NCBI GenBank assembly: GCA_043816005.1
Contig: JBDRIM010000058.1
Location: 1 to 12,014, forward strand
Direction of reading: 5' to 3'
Length of the DNA: 12,014 nucleotides
Source of the DNA: Candidatus Micrarchaeota archaeon
GTDB lineage: Archaea; Micrarchaeota; Micrarchaeia; Anstonellales; Bilamarchaeaceae
Part shown: positions 1 through 7,685 of the stretch, piece by piece
Layout: each line of letters opens with the position of its first letter
Numbering within the stretch: the first letter of the stretch is position 1
The notes under the pieces: generated by a model
Seen by the model: the letters and a program-made list of their open reading frames with translations, nothing else
The model's database searches: none
Told to the model about the DNA's origin: nothing
Made by a program: the position numbers and the translations under genes

Positions 1-2
1 AT

Positions 3-593
3 AACGATACGATTTATATAATGAGAAAAACAGTTCGAGAGATAGCAGAGGCCCTTTACAATGCTTATGGAAAAATAAAAGGGGCACTTGAAGGTATTAT
101 AGGATATCTTAGAACATTAGTAGGAACCGACTATGTAATTGCAAAGGTAGATGGTGGAAGTTGGGCATTTGATAGAAGAATAGCTAAAAATGGGATATCT
201 TACGTTGACGTTGATACATTAGAAAACAAAAATAAAAGCAAATTAATAGAGATGATAACTGAGAAAATAGCAGATCTACACTCAAATAATATAATAATAG
301 GTAGATTTACACTCAATAATATTCTTCTTGGAACTAAAGATATGAAATTCACAGACTTAAGAAAGCTTAGAGTATCAAGAAAAAAATCTTTTGTTATAGA
401 AGAGTTTAGATCTATACTCCAGTACCTTTTTGCAATTGGCGTTGCTAGAAGGGACGATGTGTATGCTTCAATAGCATATTATGCAACTAAAAACGAAGAT
501 AGCTGCAGTGAATGGTATACAGAGAAAACAGGAAAAAAACCATCAGACAGTATGGATATAGCAAGTAGAATAGAAGAGGAAGTTTATAGCTAA
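3..593 (+). CDS. Protein-kinase-like fold protein (Bud32/RIO/Kdo-like), probably catalytically degenerate; possibly 5'-truncated by the window edge
   Basis: The frame is open from position 3 (first ATG at 21) to TAA 591-593. IADLHSNNIIIGRFTLNNILL...KFTDL resembles the Bud32/RIO pattern LHxxxIxHGDLxxxNIL...IDFG, with HGD replaced by IGR and DFG by DLR. Confidence 0.6.
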   Translation, partial: NDTIYIMRKTVREIAEALYNAYGKIKGALEGIIGYLRTLVGTDYVIAKVDGGSWAFDRRIAKNGISYVDVDTLENKNKSKLIEMITEKIADLHSNNIIIGRFTLNNILLGTKDMKFTDLRKLRVSRKKSFVIEEFRSILQYLFAIGVARRDDVYASIAYYATKNEDSCSEWYTEKTGKKPSDSMDIASRIEEEVYS

Positions 594-599
594 TTTTTT
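594..599 (+). terminator. Possible archaeal oligo-T terminator between convergent genes
   Basis: T6 run immediately after the stop codon in a 15-bp convergent intergenic gap. Confidence 0.3.
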
Positions 600-608
600 G
601 TTTAGATA

Positions 609-2903
609 TTATTGTAGTGTGACTTTTGTCTCCCCATTTATTGATTTATCCCTAGAAAGACGATAACTTGATGCGAATTCAGAACCCATAAACCCTTCAT
701 CATGAGTTATAATAAAAATTTGTTTAACTACTTCAGGTACTTTGTATTGTAACGCGGATGAGAGTAATTCGACTGCTTCTGAATCCAGATTGTGTGTTGG
801 TTCATCTAAAATAAGCCAACTTAGATTTGGAGTGAGAACCATTGCAAATGCCACTCTAAGTGCTAATGCTGCGCAGGCTCTTTCACCTCCACTTGCCATG
901 GTTTCGAGTGCTTTCCAATTATTGCCGTCGTTGACTTCAAAAATATAATCTTTTTCACTAACACCAAGACGAAGAGCATGATAATTTTTATATGGGTAGA
1001 ATATTGGCCATACTTCGTTCATTGCACTGTTTATCGCATCAATAAGATTGACACGTAATGCAATTTGGGTATCTTGAAGTGCATTTTTATATATCGCCAG
1101 TTCTTCTTCGAGTTTAGCAAGCGAAACAATTTCTGCCTCGACAGATTTTATTATTATTAATTTTTCATGGATGAGTTTAAGTATTTCTTGTGTGTTGAGT
1201 AATTTTTCCTCGAGGGATTTTTTCGATGCATTAGCAAGTTCAACGTCGATCCTTAATTTTTCCACAATACTTCTTAATTCATCGAATTGTTTTACATTAA
1301 ACTTGACCGTAACTAGTTTTGACTTGATCTCAGATAATTGTGTAGTTGTTTTGTCTAAGTCAGTTTTCTTGATTATAAGATTTTTTATGATTGTGAGTTC
1401 TTGGCGTATAGTTTCCATATTGCCAGTTGCATCATCAATTGTTTTTTGAGTGGTTCGTTTTTTGTTCTGGAACTCTAGGAGATTAGTTTCAATTTTCTTT
1501 TTTGCTTCTGGAAGATTATCATTATCTTTGAGTTCTGCTTGTAATAAAGAAAGTTTTTCTGTGAGAAGAATTGATTTTGAGATGTCCTGTGAAAACGACT
1601 CGTGTGTTTTTTTAGTAGATAAAATTAAATTTGATAATTCGCCTACCCCCGTGCTCTTATTTTTGATCAGATCCTCTTTTTCTGTTTTTATATGTTCTAT
1701 TGCTTGATCATTAAGGTCTGAAGAACATAATGGACATTTTGAAATTCCAGTTTTTAATTTTGGTATGAGATCTTTTATCTCAGTAAGCTCACGTTCAAGA
1801 GAGTTTTTTTCCGATTGATAAGACAACAACAGCTGTTCGCATTCTTTTTGTTTTTGAATTAACTGTTCTTTTTGAGGTAAAGATTTGAATTCATTTTCTA
1901 ATTTAGCAATTGTTAGATTGTTCTGGGAAATAAGTTTAAGTTTTGATTCGGTTGACCCGAGTTCTTTGGATAACCTTGAGAATTCTTTATCAATAGACTG
2001 TAGTTCATGAAGCGATTTTGAACGAAGTTCGCTAAGTATTGTTAAATTATTCTCGAGTTTAATCTTTGCATCATTATCTATTTTTTTATTCTCCAGTTCT
2101 TTAGAAAGAGTTTCGCATTGAGTTGACAATTTCAAAAGTTCCCTATCGAGCTTTTCAAAAATCTCTTTCTCTTTTTTCATATTTTCAAAGGTTGTTGAAA
2201 CTGAAGTTAATTCCTTGGTTTTCTGCCCGTACGAGACCTGCAATTCTTTAAGATTCTTTTCTATTTGTACTAGTAATTCTTTGTGTCGGTTCTCGTTTTT
2301 TTCTGCTTCCTCGATTTCTTTTTTGTTGAGTTTTTCTTCCAATGTTTTGTGTTTTGAACGAAGTTGATTTATCACAGTAACGATGTTTGCTCTAGCCAAT
2401 TCAAATTTATCAAGACCAAGAAGACAATCTATCTCATCTTTTCTGCGCCTTGGATCAAGATTAAGAAAATGATCAACATTATTCTGTTCCGAATATATTG
2501 CCCTTGTAAAAAGATCATAATCAACTCCGATAAGATTCTGAATGTATAATGATGATGGTGTTTGACCATGCTCCACTAGAGAATTGTCCTTGTAAACTTC
2601 TGCTGTAGAAGAGCTTCCTTTTTTTGATCGTTCAATATTTCGTTCCACTCTGTAGTTATTTCCGTTCCACTCAAATTCTAAAACTACTTTGGCATTTGGT
2701 TCATTAAGACGAATGATGTTCTCAATTTTGAGTTTTCTGCGTTCAATAGCTGGAAATGTACCAAATAATGCAAAACTTATGCCTTCTAGAATGCTGGACT
2801 TGCCCGCACCCATTATGCCGACTAGGAGATTAGTACCCTTATGAAACGTAAGGGCAGTATCAGAATGTGATCGCCAGTTGATAAGGCGAATTAGTTTGAT
2901 CAT
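609..2903 (-). CDS. rad50: Rad50/SbcC-family SMC-like ATPase
   Basis: Walker A GIMGAGKSS, Q-loop SEQ, long coiled coil with central zinc hook CPLC, signature ASGGE, Walker B/D-loop ILDEPTHNLD, H-loop ITHD. ATG at 2903 preferred over GTG at 2906. Confidence 0.88.
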   Translation of the reverse strand: MIKLIRLINWRSHSDTALTFHKGTNLLVGIMGAGKSSILEGISFALFGTFPAIERRKLKIENIIRLNEPNAKVVLEFEWNGNNYRVERNIERSKKGSSSTAEVYKDNSLVEHGQTPSSLYIQNLIGVDYDLFTRAIYSEQNNVDHFLNLDPRRRKDEIDCLLGLDKFELARANIVTVINQLRSKHKTLEEKLNKKEIEEAEKNENRHKELLVQIEKNLKELQVSYGQKTKELTSVSTTFENMKKEKEIFEKLDRELLKLSTQCETLSKELENKKIDNDAKIKLENNLTILSELRSKSLHELQSIDKEFSRLSKELGSTESKLKLISQNNLTIAKLENEFKSLPQKEQLIQKQKECEQLLLSYQSEKNSLERELTEIKDLIPKLKTGISKCPLCSSDLNDQAIEHIKTEKEDLIKNKSTGVGELSNLILSTKKTHESFSQDISKSILLTEKLSLLQAELKDNDNLPEAKKKIETNLLEFQNKKRTTQKTIDDATGNMETIRQELTIIKNLIIKKTDLDKTTTQLSEIKSKLVTVKFNVKQFDELRSIVEKLRIDVELANASKKSLEEKLLNTQEILKLIHEKLIIIKSVEAEIVSLAKLEEELAIYKNALQDTQIALRVNLIDAINSAMNEVWPIFYPYKNYHALRLGVSEKDYIFEVNDGNNWKALETMASGGERACAALALRVAFAMVLTPNLSWLILDEPTHNLDSEAVELLSSALQYKVPEVVKQIFIITHDEGFMGSEFASSYRLSRDKSINGETKVTLQ

Positions 2904-2972
2904 CACATAGAATTGTTGCCAAAGGAATTAAACGCTCACGGAAAAATCTAAAAAGATGGTTGATGAAGAGAT

Positions 2973-4796
2973 ATGATGCGGTATTGGCTTTTCATACTGA
3001 TTTTGGCTGTGTTTACTTCGACGATCTTTCCATTTTCTATTAACTCATATTATACTCATACCACAGTACTTCAAAATGGAGATGTTCAAATTTACGAAAA
3101 CATAAATTTTACTCTCGAAAAGGTATATAACGAAGGGTATAGAGACATAAGAAAAGAAGATTATGAAATCCTAGATAATGTGATTGTGCAATCAGTAAAA
3201 GTTAATGGGCACGATGTAAATTATAAAAAACAAAATTATGGTGACAAAGCAGAAATTGTCTGGACTCAAACATATAAAGGCCAAAACAATGTGGAATTGA
3301 ATTATATCTTAAAAAATAGAGCACAACTTTATGATGATTTTGCAAAGATTTGTATTGAACATTATGGAGCAGGATGGTCTGTTTATGGAACAAAATTCCA
3401 TTCTGAAATGACATTACCCGAAGCTAGCCGCGGAAAAGAAATGCATTTTGAGATTTATTCGACGAAGAAGGGAAACGCTTACATCGATGACCTTACAGTT
3501 GTTGTGAATATTGAAAATGTACCACCGGGCAATTATGTTGGTGGGTGTTATCTTTATGATAAAAGTGCTTTACAAACAAACAATAAAGTTAATGGTTCTG
3601 CTTATGATATACTTACTGACGAAAGAAAGATCTATGGCTCAGAAATAATAATTGAGCCAGAAAAGAACTTGGATTTGCCACCTTTATCACTCATATGTCT
3701 TCCAATTTCTTTGTTGATAGGTGGGATTGCGATTTATACGTATAATAATGAAAAAAAGAAACCAAAATATCCAGAGAATATTCTTCCGCCAAATAACGAA
3801 GAACCAGCAGTAGTTTCTGCACTTATAAGAAACTCTGTTCCAAGACAGGATATTATGGCTGCTACTATATTAGATTTAATAAACAAAAATGTTTTGGATA
3901 TAATTGAACTTGAGAATAAAGGAGAGATATCCAGCAAAGTAAAACGTGAGAAAACAATTTTAATATTAAAAAAACGTCCACGGAACATTAGTGAAAAGGA
4001 GAATATAATTTTAGATATGTTATTTAGTGGAGGAAGTACCCAAGTTAATCTAGATCAAATGGCCAAAGATTTTGATGCTATAAAAACAAAACATGATGCA
4101 GAAAGAAATCCAATTGGTTCTGGAATTGTAAAGTTTGACAATGTGATAACGAAAATACTAAAAGAAAAAAAAGTTGAATCACACAATAGTAAAGTAACCT
4201 TAGTTTGGTTACTAATATGTGCAGGGATACTATTAGGACCAGTTACTATTTGTCCACTGTCCACGATAATTCTTGCATGGTTTGGTGGTCTTGTTATAAG
4301 TGGCAATTATGTTGAAATTATTGGTTTGGTTGTAGCTGGAATGATTACGTTTACTTCAGGGATATATCTAACTATTCTAGGACTACAACCAGTTGTACCA
4401 AAGGGAATGGAAGACGAATATTCTAGATGGGATGGTTTTGTTAGGGCAGTAAAATCCAGTAGATTAAAGGAATATCCGCCTGAATCGACACTTATATGGG
4501 GGGAAGTTCTTGTTTATGCAACTGCAATTGGTTTGGCAGACAAAGTAAAAAAACACCTTTCAGAATTAAATAAATTAACATTAGAAAAAATAGAAGAGAT
4601 GGATGAGATACGCTTATCCTCCATCCGTTTTTACACCTCTGCACTGGCACTGAATAACCTTAGAAAATATGGAAGTAGACGGGGACGGAAAGGAAGAGGA
4701 CATGGTGGGTTTTCATCACATTCATCTGGTGGCTGGAGTTCTCATGGTGGTGGTGGATTCAGCGGGAGATCTTCAGGTGGTGGTGGATTCCGTTGA
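2973..4796 (+). CDS. DUF2207-family membrane protein
   Basis: Signal peptide, beta-rich extracellular N-domain (INSYYTHTTVLQNGDVQIYENINF), a TM segment, PAVVSAL...ATILDLINK motif, two further TMs, WDGF...WGEVLVYATAIG, and a Gly/Ser-rich tail GGGFSGRSSGGGGFR. All typical of DUF2207. Confidence 0.85.
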   Translation: MMRYWLFILILAVFTSTIFPFSINSYYTHTTVLQNGDVQIYENINFTLEKVYNEGYRDIRKEDYEILDNVIVQSVKVNGHDVNYKKQNYGDKAEIVWTQTYKGQNNVELNYILKNRAQLYDDFAKICIEHYGAGWSVYGTKFHSEMTLPEASRGKEMHFEIYSTKKGNAYIDDLTVVVNIENVPPGNYVGGCYLYDKSALQTNNKVNGSAYDILTDERKIYGSEIIIEPEKNLDLPPLSLICLPISLLIGGIAIYTYNNEKKKPKYPENILPPNNEEPAVVSALIRNSVPRQDIMAATILDLINKNVLDIIELENKGEISSKVKREKTILILKKRPRNISEKENIILDMLFSGGSTQVNLDQMAKDFDAIKTKHDAERNPIGSGIVKFDNVITKILKEKKVESHNSKVTLVWLLICAGILLGPVTICPLSTIILAWFGGLVISGNYVEIIGLVVAGMITFTSGIYLTILGLQPVVPKGMEDEYSRWDGFVRAVKSSRLKEYPPESTLIWGEVLVYATAIGLADKVKKHLSELNKLTLEKIEEMDEIRLSSIRFYTSALALNNLRKYGSRRGRKGRGHGGFSSHSSGGWSSHGGGGFSGRSSGGGGFR

Positions 4797-6343
4797 TTTT
4801 TTCGATCAACATTTGCCATGAATTCAGGTTTTGGTGTTTTCTCACCAACTTTTGGAATTCCCTCGGGTTCTTTTTTTGAAAAAACTGCCCTAATAAATAA
4901 TAACATCAACAGCACAACACCACCATAATCAAAAAGCGGGATAAGAAGACAGCAGTATAGTAATATACCACCACCTCCAAATAACACACTAAGAAGCTCG
5001 CTTGAATTGTGCATTGCGTGGAATAATGCGGCGATGGGAATGCCAATTAGTATTGCAAGGCCAGGTGCACGGAATTTACGAATGATGAAAATGGATACTA
5101 TTAGACCAGTAATTGCAGTGTAGAAACCATGCATAGCAGAGAAAACAACAGAACGAAGGAAGAATAACCATAACCAACTTATCATATCAGACCCCATGGG
5201 GTAGTTCAAAAAATAAATCCAGTTTTCTATGAAAGCAAACCCCATACCAACAACAAAACCAAAAACAATCCCATCTTCTACCGAATCAAACTCGTGATGT
5301 TCTGAAAGTAATGCAAGACCAGAACCCTTGTATGTTTCTTCGATTATTGGTGCAGATAAAAATGAGGATAGAAAACCAAGTCCAATGATTCCAAATATAA
5401 TACCAGCAACAGTGTTTAGACCAATTGCCATCAAAGCAGATAACATTCCCCAGAAAAATAATGTAATGAGAATTCGAATTGGTTCGCGTTCCTTAAAATC
5501 AACAAACCACCAGACAGCACACCACAAAAATGGAATTATGAAAGCGGCCAGTCCAGAAATAAAAAATGCTGCCAATGCTGGTGATGATTTCCATGCTTGA
5601 GAGTCTAATAACATATAAGATAAGATTAGAATTATGCCGATGAATTCAAATGCCCAGAAATATGGTGAGACAATAAAAGAATAGAATTTTTGTAAAAGAG
5701 TACTTGTATTGGCAAATGGGTGTAGAAGTGAGTGAAGAGAATATTCACCTGGAAAAGATAATTTATGTTTTGTATTTCTTGCAATATCTAAAATTATTAA
5801 TGTAATAGGAATGACAATAATAGCATAAATACCGACGATGATAATGAATAGTATTGACGAAAAGCCCCAAAATTGTTCTTCATATTCTGACCAATCAAGA
5901 TCAAATTCTATTGGGTTCGAAACATACTCATCATCAAGGACTGCATATATTTTGTATGCTTCTTCTCTTTCATAAGTATAAGGAATAGAAGCCAAACAAT
6001 TGACTTCAGTTAAACCAATAAAATCATCAGAATATTCAAAATCATAAAGACAGTCAATTTCATTCACTGATTTTTCATTTCCATAAATTTTTAGTACAAG
6101 GAAACTTGTTTCAGTAAGTGGAGGTGTTGTTATTGTAACATTAACCTTGTATGGGGAACCTTCATTGATATCTAAAACAGGAAATTCTTCGAGATTAAGT
6201 TTGTTATCCATATCCTGAATTCTGTCTATAGTTTCTGGTCCGAAAACAATACCTATACCAAGAACAAGAATACTAACTAATATGCCCACTAGAGCAAGGA
6301 ACATTAAAAGTGCAATAAAAACTCGATTTATTGTCTCAAGCAT
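4742..6343 (-). CDS. PrsW-family intramembrane glutamic/metalloprotease with N-terminal extracellular domain
   Basis: Multi-TM protein with the PrsW motifs EExxK (IIEETYK), FxxxEN (FAFIEN), MH (SAMHG) and HxxxN (FHAMHN), preceded by DFKEREP. Confidence 0.88.
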   Translation of the reverse strand: MLETINRVFIALLMFLALVGILVSILVLGIGIVFGPETIDRIQDMDNKLNLEEFPVLDINEGSPYKVNVTITTPPLTETSFLVLKIYGNEKSVNEIDCLYDFEYSDDFIGLTEVNCLASIPYTYEREEAYKIYAVLDDEYVSNPIEFDLDWSEYEEQFWGFSSILFIIIVGIYAIIVIPITLIILDIARNTKHKLSFPGEYSLHSLLHPFANTSTLLQKFYSFIVSPYFWAFEFIGIILILSYMLLDSQAWKSSPALAAFFISGLAAFIIPFLWCAVWWFVDFKEREPIRILITLFFWGMLSALMAIGLNTVAGIIFGIIGLGFLSSFLSAPIIEETYKGSGLALLSEHHEFDSVEDGIVFGFVVGMGFAFIENWIYFLNYPMGSDMISWLWLFFLRSVVFSAMHGFYTAITGLIVSIFIIRKFRAPGLAILIGIPIAALFHAMHNSSELLSVLFGGGGILLYCCLLIPLFDYGGVVLLMLLFIRAVFSKKEPEGIPKVGEKTPKPEFMANVDRKNQRNPPPPEDLPLNPPPP

Positions 6344-6432
6344 TAAAGTTGTATATACCTTATTGCTTAATATTAGTTTATTTGGTCCCTTTTTGAAATT
6401 ACACAGGAATAAAAAGTTAAGATTCGGAATTA

Positions 6433-6459
6433 GATAACTACAATGATGATAACGGTGAT
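6433..6459 (+). repeat. 27-bp exact direct repeat, copy 1 (duplicate of the C/D RNA 5' end)
   Basis: GATAACTACAATGATGATAACGGTGAT is identical to 6518-6544 (period 85 bp). It includes box C ATGATGA at 6443-6449. Confidence 0.95.
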
Positions 6460-6492
6460 TGTTTGAACGGTGGGCCGTTCAAAGCTCACCGT
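6452..6492. other. Long interrupted hairpin
   Basis: ACGGTGA 6452-6458 pairs with TCACCGT 6486-6492, and TTTGAACGG 6462-6470 pairs with CCGTTCAAA 6475-6483 around a TGGG loop. Confidence 0.8.
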
Positions 6493-6520
6493 CTAAAAAT
6501 TCTTTCTATTATGATGTGAT

Positions 6521-6654
6521 AACTACAATGATGATAACGGTGATCTCAGAGCTAAACTCTAAGCTTGTGTTTTTTTGGCGGTCAACGCCAGATTAACCAG
6601 GAGCAATCCGGCCACAGTAAACGTGATGAAGATTGACGTGCGGTCTGAGTAGTT
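6521..6654 (+). ncRNA. Box C/D methylation-guide sRNA, predicted guide for 16S rRNA Cm1402, with a long structured D'-C' insertion
   Basis: Terminal stem AACTAC 6521-6526 / GTAGTT 6649-6654. Box C ATGATGA 6528-6534, candidate D' CAGA 6547-6550 (12 nt after C), box C' GTGATGA 6623-6629, box D CTGA 6645-6648. The D guide TTGACGTGCGGT is antisense to 16S ACCGCCCGUCA(A) with one mismatch, and the D+5 position faces C1402. Confidence 0.85.
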
Positions 6655-6656
6655 TT
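6638..6656 (+). repeat. 19-bp direct repeat, copy 1 (3' end of the C/D RNA; att-like)
   Basis: GTGCGGTCTGAGTAGTTTT is identical to 7667-7685. The downstream bases are also similar (ATGTTGAATAAA vs GTTGATTAAA). Confidence 0.95.
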
Positions 6657-6731
6657 ATGTTGAATAAACAGGCAGAGTACATAATTAAACGGATAAGATA
6701 TAGTTTAGCGAAGTAAAACAAGTGGCATAAC

Positions 6732-6761
6732 TTTATAAATAAGTATACAGTAATATGTATA
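6732..6761 (+). promoter_or_regulatory. Archaeal TATA box plus operator-like inverted repeat for fic
   Basis: TTTATAAA at 6732-6739 lies 21 nt before ATG 6761 (leaderless spacing). TATACA-N6-TGTATA at 6744-6761 overlaps the expected transcription start. Confidence 0.6.
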
Positions 6762-7666
6762 TGGTATTTCTAAAAACAAGAATTGTTGGGGGAATTGAAT
6801 ATTATTATGCTGCAAAAACACTTAACGGTAAACAAATTGACGTATATTATTTCGGTAATAAAAAACCCAACAAGCATGAATGGCAAGCAGTACTGAATGC
6901 TTTGGAAAAGAAAGACGACTACCATCCAAAAAAACCAGAAATATCAGATAACCAAAAACAAAGAGTTGACGAACTCAATAAAAGAATGCAAAAAGAATTT
7001 AATGAAATGAATGATGCTGAAAAAGCTAATTTTTATGATAAATTTTACAACGACTATATATACAATACAAATTCTATTGAAGGATCCACACTTACAAAAG
7101 AGGAAACTTATTTTGTAACTCATGAGAAACAGGGAATATCGCAAAAAAGCCTCAAAGAAATTTATATGGCACGGAATCTTATGCAGGCGATTAACTTTCT
7201 TGATAAATATGACGGACTGTTGAATCTTGTTCTGATAAAAAAATTACATGAGATAATCCAGGAAAATATCCAACCAAAAGAGGAAATTGGAAAATATAAA
7301 AGAAAACAAAATTACATCATTGGAACAGATTTCTTACCTACACCGCCTAGTCTTGTTGAAAAAAGAATGAACGGTTTGATTCGTTGGTATGGGATAAATA
7401 AGAAGAAATACCACATATTCGAACTTGCGCTATTATTCCATATAAAATTTGTTAGTATCCATCCATTCGTAGATGGGAATGGGAGAACGGCCAGATTGTT
7501 GCATAATTTTATTTTGAAAAAATATGGAATTGTTCCAATAATCTACAGAATGCAAACAAAACAAAGATATTACTCAGTACTTAGATCAGTACAACTTTAT
7601 AATGACCATAAAGGATTTTTAGATTATACAATAGAGGAATTTGTTGCTACTTACGAAATGCCTTAG
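6761..7666 (+). CDS. fic: Fic-domain protein (class II, with N-terminal inhibitory motif) with a small N-terminal beta-sheet domain
   Basis: Canonical active loop HPFVDGNGRTAR and inhibitory motif TNSIEG. ATG 6761 preferred over 6755 on TATA spacing. Stop TAG 7664-7666. Confidence 0.93.
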   Translation: MVFLKTRIVGGIEYYYAAKTLNGKQIDVYYFGNKKPNKHEWQAVLNALEKKDDYHPKKPEISDNQKQRVDELNKRMQKEFNEMNDAEKANFYDKFYNDYIYNTNSIEGSTLTKEETYFVTHEKQGISQKSLKEIYMARNLMQAINFLDKYDGLLNLVLIKKLHEIIQENIQPKEEIGKYKRKQNYIIGTDFLPTPPSLVEKRMNGLIRWYGINKKKYHIFELALLFHIKFVSIHPFVDGNGRTARLLHNFILKKYGIVPIIYRMQTKQRYYSVLRSVQLYNDHKGFLDYTIEEFVATYEMP

Positions 7667-7685
7667 GTGCGGTCTGAGTAGTTTT
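7667..7685 (+). repeat. 19-bp direct repeat, copy 2
   Basis: GTGCGGTCTGAGTAGTTTT starts on the base immediately after the fic stop codon. Confidence 0.95.

Larger units (their letters stand above)
6638..7685 (+). mobile_element. Putative integrated islet carrying only fic, bounded by 19-bp direct repeats
   Basis: Direct repeats 1029 bp apart match the 3' end of a stable RNA gene. The cargo is one gene with its own promoter. No integrase is visible in the window. Confidence 0.55.

Noticed and set aside
742..2549. Short plus-strand ORFs inside rad50
   Set aside because: Antisense shadows of a well-supported gene, with no recognisable motifs.
3202..5600. Short ORFs antisense to the DUF2207 and PrsW genes
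   Set aside because: Shadow ORFs fully inside confident genes.
6433..6544. Mini CRISPR array (two 27-bp repeats)
   Set aside because: Only two copies, a 58-nt self-complementary spacer, no cas genes, and the repeat is explained as the C/D RNA 5' end.
6551..6709. 8-bp inverted repeat GCTAAACT / AGTTTAGC
   Set aside because: Short, about 140 bp apart and plausible by chance in AT-rich DNA.
6944..7144. 66-aa antisense ORF as a Fic antitoxin
   Set aside because: Hydrophobic shadow of A-rich codons. The Fic protein already carries its own inhibitory motif.
6638..7685. Group II intron starting at GTGCG
   Set aside because: GTGCG is part of the rRNA-antisense guide. No domain V/VI or reverse transcriptase is recognisable.
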